Of a DNA stretch of 64,000 nucleotides, positions 1-8,585 are shown in pieces (the stretch's first letter is position 1; each line of letters begins with the position of its first letter). The notes below the pieces were generated by a model that saw nothing but the letters and a program-made list of their open reading frames with translations, did not search any database and was not told where the DNA came from. The stretch spans positions 3,849-67,848 of the forward strand of contig CAINLT010000546.1 of NCBI GenBank assembly GCA_903850505.1. The letters run 5' to 3'. Origin of the DNA: an uncultured Myxococcales bacterium (GTDB taxonomy: Bacteria; Myxococcota_A; UBA9042). The translations under genes and the position numbers were made by a program.

Positions 1-980
1 GTCTGGTTGCCTGAGTCGGGCGGCGGCCACGGCTGGCCCTCACCGCGCGAAACGTACTGCTGCAGCGCCGCGGACAGCTCCGCCGCGTCGCGATCCACGT
101 CCAGATAAATGATGACGCCCGAACCTTCCTTGGCAATCGCCGCCATCGCCGCCGCGAGGTGCTTACGCCCCGACGACAGCGCGAAGCCAAACGCGTCGCT
201 CAGCAGGTTGGCGCGGTGCACGCGCATCAGCGTCGGCTTCTCCGGGTCAATCTTGCCATACGTCAGCGCCGCGTGCGTCGTGCCGTCGATCAGCGAACGG
301 TAGATCGCGATGTCGAACTGACCGTAATCCGTCGCCAGCGTGCTCTGGGCGTCGCGCACCACAAGCGGCTCCGACTTGAGCCGATGCTGGATCAGGTCCG
401 CGACCGTCACCACGAGGATGCCGTATTTCTCGCCCAATTCCAGCAGGCTCGGCAGGCGGGACATCGAGCCGTCCGGCTCCATCACTTCGCAAATCACGCC
501 CGCAGGCGTCAGGCCTGCCAGCCGCGCCAGATCAACGCTGCCTTCCGTCTGCCCCGTTCGCACCAGCACGCCACCGTCGCGCGCCGCCAGCGGGAAAATG
601 TGCCCCGGAACCGAAAAATCCTGCGGCCGCGCCGACGCCGAAATCGCCTTCAGGATCGTATGCGCGCGGTTGCGCGGAGACACCGCCGGTCCATGGCAAT
701 CGACGGCATCAATCGACACCGTGAACGCGGTGCTCAGCTGCGCCTCATTCTGCGGCGCCATCGGCGTCAGCTCCAGCCGCGAGCAGAGCTTGGAATCCAT
801 CGCGAGGCAGATCAGCCCGCGACCGTGTTCGGCCATGAAAGCAATGGCTTCCGGCGTGACTTTTTCCGCGGCGATGACGAGATCGCCTTCGTTTTCGCGG
901 TCTTCATCGTCGACCAAAATGACCATGCGACCGGCGGCAATGTCGGCGATGGCTTGGCGGATGGGGGCAATCTTGGCCAT
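1..980 (-). CDS. ribB: 3,4-dihydroxy-2-butanone-4-phosphate synthase fused to a GTP-cyclohydrolase-II-like C-terminal domain (RibBA/RibBX type); 3' end lies beyond base 1
   Basis: My own minus-strand translation from ATG 980-978 is open to base 1. It is absent from the ORF track because no stop lies in the window. Product: MAKIAPIRQAIADIAAGRMVILVDDEDRENEGDLVIAAEKVTPEAIAFMAEHGRGLICLAM...PGHIFPLAARDGGVLVRTGQTEGSVDLARLAGLTPAGVICEVM. These are RibB hallmark blocks (DDEDRENEGD, PGHxFPL, GVxCE). Confidence 0.85.
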   Translation of the reverse strand, partial: MAKIAPIRQAIADIAAGRMVILVDDEDRENEGDLVIAAEKVTPEAIAFMAEHGRGLICLAMDSKLCSRLELTPMAPQNEAQLSTAFTVSIDAVDCHGPAVSPRNRAHTILKAISASARPQDFSVPGHIFPLAARDGGVLVRTGQTEGSVDLARLAGLTPAGVICEVMEPDGSMSRLPSLLELGEKYGILVVTVADLIQHRLKSEPLVVRDAQSTLATDYGQFDIAIYRSLIDGTTHAALTYGKIDPEKPTLMRVHRANLLSDAFGFALSSGRKHLAAAMAAIAKEGSGVIIYLDVDRDAAELSAALQQYVSRGEGQPWPPPDSGNQ

Positions 981-1004
981 GGGAATTCTCGCAATGAAAG
1001 GGAA

Positions 1005-1604
1005 TCAGGCATCGAAGGGACGCAAACTGCGCGCCCCTACAGGTCTTTGCATCGCCGCGGCGACGACTTCAGGCGCGGGCCGGGCAATCAGCCGCGTTTG
1101 CAGCACGACGCCCGACGGAAGGCCCGTTTGCGCGGCTTCGATCGCCACTTCAACATCGGATTGCTCGCCCGCCAGGACCGCATGGCCCTGCCCGGCCAGC
1201 TCAGACGCGATCCGCAGGCGCAGCAGCGACACATCGGCGACTTTCAGCGCGCGGTCGATCGCCGCCAGCAGGGTCAGCGGCGTGTGGGCGTGGAGCGTGC
1301 CCAGCGCGTGCTCCGCCCGCAGGATAGCGCCCGCATCCGCGAGCGTTCCGCGCAGCGCGGCGTGCAGGTGTGCGTGCGCCTGAGGCAGCAGGAGGGACTC
1401 CAGCAGCGCGTCAGTGGACACAGCAATGGCTTTTTGCAGCGCCGCTTCCACGGACGCCAAGTCGCCGGCGAAGATCAGGAGAAAACGCCCGGGGTCGATG
1501 TCGCCGGCAAAGAGCACGCGGACAGGCGCTTCCTTGCAGACTGCATCCAACGCGGCCAGGCCCGCAGGCACATGTTGCAGGTCCAATCCCGCGAGAACAG
1601 GCAT
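1005..1604 (-). CDS. BMC-T type microcompartment shell protein (tandem BMC-like domains)
   Basis: 199 aa from ATG 1604, 2 nt after the aldehyde dehydrogenase stop. The 233-aa track ORF adds an Arg-rich extension that overlaps the upstream gene. Two BMC-like halves are visible (VRVLFAGDIDPGRFLLIFAGDLASVEAAL; ADVSLLRLRIA..GQGHAVLAGEQSDVEVAIEAA). It sits inside the shell operon. Confidence 0.7.
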   Translation of the reverse strand: MPVLAGLDLQHVPAGLAALDAVCKEAPVRVLFAGDIDPGRFLLIFAGDLASVEAALQKAIAVSTDALLESLLLPQAHAHLHAALRGTLADAGAILRAEHALGTLHAHTPLTLLAAIDRALKVADVSLLRLRIASELAGQGHAVLAGEQSDVEVAIEAAQTGLPSGVVLQTRLIARPAPEVVAAAMQRPVGARSLRPFDA

Positions 1605-1606
1605 GT

Positions 1607-3016
1607 TCACACGATCCGGAAGAAGCCGTGAAGCGTGCACCGGCGTTGTTTGGTCCAGGTGCGGGCGTTGGTCAGGCCTTCGCCGGTCGTGCCGGCGATC
1701 GTCCACGCGGTGTAGCCTTCGCCGCGCATGCCAAGGCCGGCGAAGCTCGGCGCGTTCTTGATGAAGATCGACGTGTTGATGGCCCTGGCCATGCGGTCCA
1801 GCCGATCGATCGCCATCGAGTGCATCGTCGCGGTGTGGAAGAAACCGTGCTCAACGCGGATGGCGGCGGCGATGGCCTCTTCCCAGTTGGGCACGCGGAA
1901 GAAACCGACGACGGGCAGGAGCATTTCCAGCTGCACGAACGGGTGCGCCTCGTCCACTTCAGCAAACGCCAGGCGGCAATCGTCGCCGACCGTCACGCCG
2001 ATTTCGCGCAAAATCACGCTGACGTTCTTGCCGACGAACTTGCGGTTCACGTGGCCATCTTCAATCAGCACTTTTTCCAGCGCCGCCAGCTCGCGATCCT
2101 TCACTTCGTAAGCGCCCGCCGCGACGAGCTCCTGCTTGAGGCGATCGGCGATCGACGCCACGGCGATGATCTCTTTCTCCCCGATGCAGACGATGTTGTT
2201 GTCCAAGCTCGCGCCGTCGATGATGTTGCGCGCGGCGGTCTTCAGATCCGCCGTCTCGTCGACAACCGCTGGCGGATTGCCCGGACCCGCACACACCGCG
2301 CGTTTGCCGGAATTCAGCGCCGCCTTGACCACCGGACCGCCGCCCGTCACGGCCAAAAGCCGCACGCCCGGGTGCTTCATGACCTGATTGGCGCTCTCGA
2401 TCGACGGCTCGGTGACCATCGTCATCAGGTTGTCCGGCGCGCCAGCCGCCACGCACGCCTGGTTCAGCAGCTGCACGTACCACGCCAGCGTGCGCTTGGC
2501 GCTCGGATGGACGTTGAAGACGACCGTGTTGCCGCCGGCAATCATCGAAATCGCGTTGTTGAGGATCGTCTCCGTCGCGTTCGTCGTCGGCGTGATCGAG
2601 CCAATGACGCCCAGCGGGCCAAACTCGTCCAGCGTCAGGCCGGCATCGCCCGAATACGCCGCCGGCTGCAGGATTTCCATGCCCGGGGTCTTCAGCGCCA
2701 CGAGCCGGTTCTTCTCGATCTTGTCGGCAACGCGGCCCAAGCCGGTCTCTTCCACGGCGCGCCGGGACATCTCTTCCAGGTTCTGGAGCGAGATCTGCCG
2801 CATGTTCTCGATCGCGCGCTGGCGAACGTGGACGGGAACGCGGTGCAGTTGCTGGTAGGCGACTTGGGCGGCCTGAACGGCGGAATCGACGTCGTCAAAC
2901 AGACCGGAGCGGCCCGCGCCATATTTCGGCGTCGAGACGATCGGCCCAACCGCGGCAGGCGTGGCAATGCGCCGGACGACTTCCGCGACGATGGCTTGAA
3001 TACGGGCGTCATCCAT
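1607..3016 (-). CDS. CoA-acylating aldehyde dehydrogenase (PduP/EutE-like) with N-terminal encapsulation-peptide-like helix
   Basis: 469 aa. ALDH-superfamily blocks are present: GNTVVFNVHPSA, AGPGNPP, and the catalytic Cys context DNNIVCIGEKE. The N-terminus has the amphipathic helix DDARIQAIVAEVVRRI followed by the Pro/Gly linker ATPAAVGPIVSTPKYGAG. Confidence 0.85.
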   Translation of the reverse strand: MDDARIQAIVAEVVRRIATPAAVGPIVSTPKYGAGRSGLFDDVDSAVQAAQVAYQQLHRVPVHVRQRAIENMRQISLQNLEEMSRRAVEETGLGRVADKIEKNRLVALKTPGMEILQPAAYSGDAGLTLDEFGPLGVIGSITPTTNATETILNNAISMIAGGNTVVFNVHPSAKRTLAWYVQLLNQACVAAGAPDNLMTMVTEPSIESANQVMKHPGVRLLAVTGGGPVVKAALNSGKRAVCAGPGNPPAVVDETADLKTAARNIIDGASLDNNIVCIGEKEIIAVASIADRLKQELVAAGAYEVKDRELAALEKVLIEDGHVNRKFVGKNVSVILREIGVTVGDDCRLAFAEVDEAHPFVQLEMLLPVVGFFRVPNWEEAIAAAIRVEHGFFHTATMHSMAIDRLDRMARAINTSIFIKNAPSFAGLGMRGEGYTAWTIAGTTGEGLTNARTWTKQRRCTLHGFFRIV

Positions 3017-3030
3017 CGTTGGCTCTCAGT

Positions 3031-3327
3031 CTAGCTGTGCGACTTGTCGTAGACGGTCGCGCCATCGGCCTGCACGGCGTCCACGATCGCCATGATGACG
3101 TGGTCGACCGGACGATCCTTGGTGACCGCCGTCAGCCGCGCGCTGGAACCTGCGGCAAACAGGACGATCTCGCCGTCGCCCGCGCCAACCGCGTCGATCG
3201 CGACGACGATCTTGCCGTTGGGCTGGTACGCGCCGTCCAATTCACGCACGACCAGCATGCGCAAGCCATTGAGTTCTGGCTCTTTGCGGGTCGCAACGAC
3301 CGTGCCGATGACTTTGCCGAGCAGCAT
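3031..3327 (-). CDS. BMC-P pentameric vertex protein (EutN/CcmL/PduN family)
   Basis: 98 aa: [31 protein letters not shown]...[25 protein letters not shown]. This is the typical EutN/CcmL pattern. Confidence 0.85.
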   Translation of the reverse strand: MLLGKVIGTVVATRKEPELNGLRMLVVRELDGAYQPNGKIVVAIDAVGAGDGEIVLFAAGSSARLTAVTKDRPVDHVIMAIVDAVQADGATVYDKSHS

Positions 3328-3399
3328 CTTGCTTCCTCAACTTGCGCGCGAACGCCGCTGGCCCACTACGGACCCGTGGCGTCAGGCGGGCAACGCGGT

Positions 3400-3702
3400 T
3401 CAGGTAGCGGAGAGGTCCGACTTCTTGCCACGACCGAGCGGGAGCACCGCGTCGACGTTGCCGTGCGGACGCGGGATCACGTGCACGCTGATCAGCTCGC
3501 CCACGCGTTCCGCCGCGCGCTGGCCGGCTTCCGTGGCCGCCTTGACCGCCGCGACGTCGCCGCGAACGATCGCGGTGACATAGCCGCCGCCGATCTTTTC
3601 GTAGCCGATGAGTTCGACCTTGGCCGCCTTCACCATCGCGTCTGCAGCTTCAACCAGGCCGACAAAGCCGCGCGTTTCAATCATTCCCAGTGCGTCCGAC
3701 AT
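3400..3702 (-). CDS. BMC-H hexameric shell protein (PduA/EutM/CcmK family)
   Basis: 100 aa: [80 protein letters not shown]. This is a canonical single BMC domain. From memory it is very close to the Haliangium ochraceum BMC-H. Confidence 0.92.
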   Translation of the reverse strand: MSDALGMIETRGFVGLVEAADAMVKAAKVELIGYEKIGGGYVTAIVRGDVAAVKAATEAGQRAAERVGELISVHVIPRPHGNVDAVLPLGRGKKSDLSAT

Positions 3703-3729
3703 GAGCTACTCCTTCTTCTGCAAGAATCG

Positions 3730-4353
3730 TTACTTGGTAATTCCATCGACGTTGTTCAGCGCGGCCATCGCGGCCTCGCGCGCTGAGTCGATCTCGCTCT
3801 CAGAACCCGCCATCCACAGTCGCCCAAAGGCGCCGAACGGCCGGACCTCGATCAACTTCACGTTCGCGGCTTTTTCCGCTTCGTTGGCCGCATAGGCCGC
3901 GTAACCCGCTGGTTCCGTTTCCAGAATGAACAGGCTGTCGCCCGGCAGAATCATCATGCCGTTGGAATCGCGGTTGATGATCTGCGCCTGGTAGGGCTCG
4001 ATCGAGCGAATCACTTGATTGGTCGCGATCTTCGGCTTCATCCGCTGGCCTTCTTCCAGACCGAGATCGGCGAGGATCGCCTTGCCGGCGGAGCGCACCG
4101 CGCCCTGATCTGCGTCATGGACTTCAAGCAGGCCGAACGCGCGCTCCACCACCTGGATGGCAGGAGCGACGGTCGTCGCTTTGAGCGCCACGTCGGTCAC
4201 GCGATTGATCGCGATGCCCGGAGCGATTTCCACGAACAAACTCGCCATGTTCGGCAGCGGCAGGAAGCCGCGCGCGGTCTTGCCGATGAATGACGCCAGC
4301 TGCGGTTGCAGACTGTCCAAGATGATGAAGGTGCGGAGCGCAATTGCCATCAT
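3730..4353 (-). CDS. BMC-T shell protein (tandem BMC domains)
   Basis: Only the C-terminal 207 aa of the 752-aa track ORF is credible; the start is ATGATG at 4353. The product begins [24 protein letters not shown] and contains [40 protein letters not shown] and [55 protein letters not shown]. The upstream part of the ORF is antisense to the FHA gene. Confidence 0.75.
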   Translation of the reverse strand: MMAIALRTFIILDSLQPQLASFIGKTARGFLPLPNMASLFVEIAPGIAINRVTDVALKATTVAPAIQVVERAFGLLEVHDADQGAVRSAGKAILADLGLEEGQRMKPKIATNQVIRSIEPYQAQIINRDSNGMMILPGDSLFILETEPAGYAAYAANEAEKAANVKLIEVRPFGAFGRLWMAGSESEIDSAREAAMAALNNVDGITK

Positions 4354-4527
4354 GGCCTCAGGGCAAGACGGAGCCGAAGGGTCTTGTGCCGCATCCGGCG
4401 ACCCTTGGCAAGCCCTGCGCGCGGGATTGGCGCAGAAGGCCTTGCCGTCGCAACGCAAGATCAGCGACACTCCGAGCCCGGTCAGCATTGACCCACCTAT
4501 TGCCAACTGACTGAGGGAGTCAACCGG

Positions 4528-6141
4528 ATGGTCACCTGCCCACGCTGCGGCCGCAGCAATGAAGGCAAGTACCGATTTTGCTTGGGGTGCGGCGCTTCGC
4601 TGAACCCTGATGCGCGGCTTTCGTCCGGCTACGTCAGCCCGCCGACGGTCCCTTCGCCCGTGCCTTCTGCGCCGTCGCACGCCCCGGCGCTCCGGTCGTC
4701 GCTGCATCCCGTTCCGCCGCCGGTGACGAATCCTGCGGCCGTGCGCCCCTCGAGCCTGACGCCGCCCCACCGGACGACCCAGTCCACGGACCCGCACGCA
4801 GCCGATCGCGGCCGGACGCTGGACGCCAGCGCTGGCCGCGTCGATGGTCGACTGCCGTCGCCGCCGCCAACGGAGTATCAGGATCTGCTCTCCAGCGCGA
4901 CGGAACCGTTGCCCGGCGGGCTGGCCGAACCACCAACGCCCCAGCCGCTGCGGCCCAACCGCGCCTCGACTGTGTCCGAACTGGAGACGGGGACCGTACG
5001 CCGCGTCCCCCGGCCGGTCACCGGATCCGTTCAGCAGTCCAGCGCGATCATGCAGCCGACCCCGCGCGTTGCGACCGGGCCAGTGCATCCGCCGGGCCAT
5101 GTCAGTGGGATCGCATCGCCGCGCCATTTGACGCCCATCGCTGCGCCAACGCAGACGGGCGTGCCAGTTTCGCGCCCAACGGTTCCGTCGCCGCAAGCGC
5201 TCGGCTCCGCGGGGCAAATGCCGCCGCCGCCGCGCTCGATCACCGTCAACCCGCGCATTGCGCCCAGCACATCTGCGGGCCACATCTCCGCACCCGCCGC
5301 GCAGGCACCCGCGAACGTCGTGCAGGTCAACGCCTCGCGCGCGCCCAGCGGCAGCCCCTCGACAGGCCTCGTCTGCGAACGGTGCGGCACACCGGTTCCG
5401 CCAAGCCACAGCTTCTGCGGCGCGTGCGGCACGCCCAACGTCCGTCACGCGGCGGCGACTTCGTCGTCGTTCGTCACCGGCACCCGCGCTGAACGCATCG
5501 GGATGCTCGCGCTCATCGACGACAATGGCCAGGAATCCCAGCAATTTCCGCTGTACGTCGGCGAGAATCGCATCGGCGCCGGGGAGGACTGCCAGCTCCG
5601 CTTCAGCGACGACGGCTTCCTCGCCGAACTCCACTGCGCGATTGACGCCGCCCCGGGCCGCGTCGTGCTCCGGCCGATCGACAGCGCCAATGGCACGTAC
5701 TTGCGCATCACGACGCCCATCGAGATCCACCACGGCGACTTCATGCGCGTCGGCCAGGAAGTTTTGTGCTTTGAGCGCCTCGAGCGCATGACGCCGGAAC
5801 ACGGTCGCCACGGCGATCAGGAAATCGTCGGCTGGCCGGTTCCCCGCGGCGTCTGGGGCCGCCTGTGCCAGATCGGCCTGCAGCGGCAGGTCGCCAACGC
5901 CTATCTGCTCGCCAATCCTGACGTGTTCCTCGGCCGCGAGCGCGGCGACATCCTCTTCCCCAAGGACGGCTTCGTCTCGGGTTCGCATGCCGTCCTCTCG
6001 GATCGCAACGGCCGGGCTTTCCTCAAGGATCTCGGCAGCTCCAACGGCACGTTTGTACGGGTGAAGCAGGACACGCCGCTGCGCGCGGGCGACTTGTTCC
6101 TGCTTGGCCGCAATCTGCTGCGGGTCCGCTTGGGCAACTGA
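4528..6141 (+). CDS. double zinc-ribbon, Pro-rich linker, tandem FHA-domain protein
   Basis: 537 aa. It has [19 protein letters not shown] and [19 protein letters not shown] ribbons separated by a long Pro/Ser/Thr-rich linker. Two FHA-like modules follow ([24 protein letters not shown] and [35 protein letters not shown]). Confidence 0.8.
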   Translation: MVTCPRCGRSNEGKYRFCLGCGASLNPDARLSSGYVSPPTVPSPVPSAPSHAPALRSSLHPVPPPVTNPAAVRPSSLTPPHRTTQSTDPHAADRGRTLDASAGRVDGRLPSPPPTEYQDLLSSATEPLPGGLAEPPTPQPLRPNRASTVSELETGTVRRVPRPVTGSVQQSSAIMQPTPRVATGPVHPPGHVSGIASPRHLTPIAAPTQTGVPVSRPTVPSPQALGSAGQMPPPPRSITVNPRIAPSTSAGHISAPAAQAPANVVQVNASRAPSGSPSTGLVCERCGTPVPPSHSFCGACGTPNVRHAAATSSSFVTGTRAERIGMLALIDDNGQESQQFPLYVGENRIGAGEDCQLRFSDDGFLAELHCAIDAAPGRVVLRPIDSANGTYLRITTPIEIHHGDFMRVGQEVLCFERLERMTPEHGRHGDQEIVGWPVPRGVWGRLCQIGLQRQVANAYLLANPDVFLGRERGDILFPKDGFVSGSHAVLSDRNGRAFLKDLGSSNGTFVRVKQDTPLRAGDLFLLGRNLLRVRLGN

Positions 6142-6214
6142 GCCGCGCCGATCGCGACCCCAAACGCGGCGGCGGCGCCCGGGGTTGTGAAAAAAGATTT
6201 AGACGCATGCGCGT

Positions 6215-6244
6215 TTGCAAATACAGAGTAACCTGTCCTATCAC
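6215..6244 (+). promoter_or_regulatory. candidate sigma70-type promoter for the PilZ gene (TTGCAA-18 nt-TATCAC)
   Basis: A locally AT-richer island lies in the 6142-6338 intergenic region, about 95 nt upstream of ATG 6339. A perfect 8-bp palindrome, cgcatgcg, sits just upstream. Confidence 0.25.
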
Positions 6245-6338
6245 AGCGACCGCTGGTGTCCGGCCCCGGATCCCGTGAGCGCGCAAGACGTCAGCCAGCC
6301 CCGAGAGTGCTCCCACTCTCTCACCGTTTGAGGCGATC

Positions 6339-6725
6339 ATGAGTTCCGTCCCCAGCCAGCCCGCCCCCAGCAGTTCCGAGCGTCGCGACAACGGTCGCCA
6401 GGGCTATGACATCCAGGTGGGCGTCGCGACCGATCACCGGCTTTTTGTCGGCCTGACCGCCAACATCTCGACGGGCGGCCTGTTCATCGCCTCGGACGAG
6501 CCGTTCAAGAAGGGCGACAAGGTCGAAGTGCGCTTTTCAATCCCCGGCGCCAACCACGTGTTCCACAAGAACGCGGTTGTCTGCTGGACGCGGCCGTTTG
6601 ACGCCGGCGGCCAAGGCCACGCGAAGGCGGGAGCTGGCGTGAAGTTTGAGGACCTGACGGAAGAAGAATCGCGCATCCTCGACGCGTTCCTGAAAGTGCA
6701 CGATCCGATCTTCTACGACGTGTGA
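6339..6725 (+). CDS. PilZ-domain protein (myxobacterial paralogous PilZ type)
   Basis: 128 aa: ERRDNGRQGYDIQV...GLTANISTGGLFIASDEPFKKGDKVEVRFSIPG...GAGVKFEDLTEEESRILDAFL. This shows the RxxxR ... D/NxSxxG PilZ pattern. Confidence 0.75.
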   Translation: MSSVPSQPAPSSSERRDNGRQGYDIQVGVATDHRLFVGLTANISTGGLFIASDEPFKKGDKVEVRFSIPGANHVFHKNAVVCWTRPFDAGGQGHAKAGAGVKFEDLTEEESRILDAFLKVHDPIFYDV

Positions 6726-6749
6726 TGGGGACGGCGCCTGATTTCGCGC

Positions 6750-7616
6750 CTACCACAGCTCGTGACGCCGAACGAACGCGTCCAGCCGCAGCTCAATCAA
6801 GTCCGGCAGCTCAATCGGTGCCGCGTGCGAGCCTGACGGCACGAGGCAATACTCCGCATTCGGCAACAGCAACGTCATCCGCTGCGAAACGTGCGCCGGC
6901 GTGAAGTTGTCCCGCTCGCCCGCCACCACGAGCACCGGCATCCGCAGGCTCCGCAGCCACGGCCGCGCGCTGTGATCCGCCACGCTTTGCAGGTAGTGGA
7001 CGAAGATGACCGGATCCATGCGCGCCATATGCTGGAGATAAGGCAGGAAATCGTCGCGGCGCACCATCGCGGCGTTCAGCTCCGTCGCCACCGCCATCTT
7101 CCACGCCGTCTCGGTGGGCACAACGCGCTGCCAAAGGTCGCGCAGCTTGGTTGGCCAGCGAAACGCCGCGCCGGTCACAAGCGGCAGGATGCGGTGGCCA
7201 AAGTCCGAGCCATGAAACGTGTCCAACGGCCGCTCAAAGGCGCCGCACAGTGCGACAACCGCGCGGGCACGGGCGCGTTGGCGCCACGCCGCTTCCAGGA
7301 TGACCTGGACGCCCATCGAGTGCCCCATGAGGACCGCATCCTCCACGCCGAGTTGGTCGAGCACGTGCCACGCGTCGTCGGCGCACTGCTCGATGCTCAA
7401 CGTGGTGCGGTCCGCCGGGATCGCCGACTGGCCGTGGCCACGGTAGTGAAAGTGCACGACGCGGCAGGTCTTTTCAAGATGCGGCCGCAGGTAGCGCCAG
7501 ATGTAGCCGTCGCAGCCGACGCCGTCGCATAGCAGCACGGTGGGGCCATTGCGGCGTCCCGTGTCGCGCACGCTCAGTTCCGTGCCGTCCGCCGCAGCGA
7601 TTGTCAGGAGCGCCAT
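6750..7616 (-). CDS. alpha/beta-fold hydrolase
   Basis: 288 aa, with the nucleophile elbow GHSMGV and the N-terminal oxyanion region TVLLCDGVG. Confidence 0.8.
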   Translation of the reverse strand: MALLTIAAADGTELSVRDTGRRNGPTVLLCDGVGCDGYIWRYLRPHLEKTCRVVHFHYRGHGQSAIPADRTTLSIEQCADDAWHVLDQLGVEDAVLMGHSMGVQVILEAAWRQRARARAVVALCGAFERPLDTFHGSDFGHRILPLVTGAAFRWPTKLRDLWQRVVPTETAWKMAVATELNAAMVRRDDFLPYLQHMARMDPVIFVHYLQSVADHSARPWLRSLRMPVLVVAGERDNFTPAHVSQRMTLLLPNAEYCLVPSGSHAAPIELPDLIELRLDAFVRRHELW

Positions 7617-7628
7617 GAAATCGCCAAA

Positions 7629-8414
7629 TCAGCTGTGCTGCTGCCGTGCGCGCCACATGCGCGGGCCCTGTATACCAAATCCCACGGCCAGATAGCCAAG
7701 CAGGAGTGCAAGCACGAACACAAAGCCCGTGCGCGCCAGAACCGTCACGTACACCGCAACGCCCGCACCGATCTGCAGCACTTTGGCCAGCGGGTGGGCA
7801 GAGAGGTGCAGCTTGGGCAAGGGCAGGTTGGAGACCATCAGCGCCGCGTTGAGAACGAGCAACGCGGGGAACAGCTGATAGAACGCGGGCGAACCGATGT
7901 TGAGCTCTTCCAGCGAAAGGAACGCGCTGCAGATCAGCCCGCCTGACAGCGTGGAAGGCAGGCCGAGAAACAGGTTGGGCCCCATCTCCGCGGTGATGAC
8001 GTTGAAGCGCGCGAGCCGCACCGACGTCATGATGGCGTAGACGAGGCAGATGCCGCCGAGGAGACCGACGGACGGCAGGCCCAGGACGTGGGTCCCCTGC
8101 CCCCAGGTGAGCGGCGCCAGCTGTTGCGCGGACGCGAACACGAGCGCGGCGGGCGCGTGGCCGAAGGCGACGGCGTCAGCGAAGCTGTCAAACTGCACGC
8201 CAAACTCGGACGAGCCTTTGAGCGCGCGGGCGACACTGCCATCGGCTTTGTCGAGCAAAGTGGCGAGCAGCACGTACCAAGCGGCGTGGCTGAGGCTGCC
8301 GCCGGAGAGCGACAGAAAAATCGAGTAAAGGCCGCATGCCATGGCCGTTGCGGTGATGATGTTTGGCGGGATGGTGCGCCAGGGCACGGGAGGGAAGAGT
8401 CGCACGCGCTGCAC
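7629..8414 (-). CDS. pssA: CDP-alcohol phosphatidyltransferase, probably phosphatidylserine synthase
   Basis: 261 aa and multi-TM. It carries the motif DKADGSVARALKGSSEFGVQFDSFAD, which fits D-x2-DG-x2-AR-x8-G-x3-D-x3-D. Confidence 0.7.
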   Translation of the reverse strand: MQRVRLFPPVPWRTIPPNIITATAMACGLYSIFLSLSGGSLSHAAWYVLLATLLDKADGSVARALKGSSEFGVQFDSFADAVAFGHAPAALVFASAQQLAPLTWGQGTHVLGLPSVGLLGGICLVYAIMTSVRLARFNVITAEMGPNLFLGLPSTLSGGLICSAFLSLEELNIGSPAFYQLFPALLVLNAALMVSNLPLPKLHLSAHPLAKVLQIGAGVAVYVTVLARTGFVFVLALLLGYLAVGFGIQGPRMWRARQQHS

Positions 8415-8585
8415 CTGTCGGTCGAAACGGCCAACCGCGCGGCTATGCTAGGTTGGCCAACGGCGGATGTCCACCCGCGCGCAGCGATTCCTGATTGCAC
8501 AAAGACGAGGCTTCCCGTAGTGTATGTGTAGAGATGTGTGCGCGGACCGTCAGCCTTTTGGGTCGAACAAATCAGGTGGTGGCCG

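Noticed and set aside
4404-4419. Weak -24/-12-like TGGCAAGCCCTGCGC in the BMC/FHA divergent spacer.
   Set aside because: - The GG-N10-GC spacing fits, but the -12 element is GCGC rather than TTGC.
- No enhancer-binding protein gene is nearby.
- It is too weak to call.
5688-5702. Sigma-54-like element TGGCACGTACTTGCG.
   Set aside because: - It lies inside the FHA coding sequence.
- The GG-to-GC spacing is one base short of the -24/-12 consensus.
4354-5988. The N-terminal approximately 545 aa of the 752-aa minus-strand ORF 3730..5988.
   Set aside because: - It is antisense to the well-supported zinc-ribbon/FHA gene.
- The sequence is Arg/Ala/Gly-rich nonsense.
- A clean BMC-T protein starts at the ATGATG at 4353.
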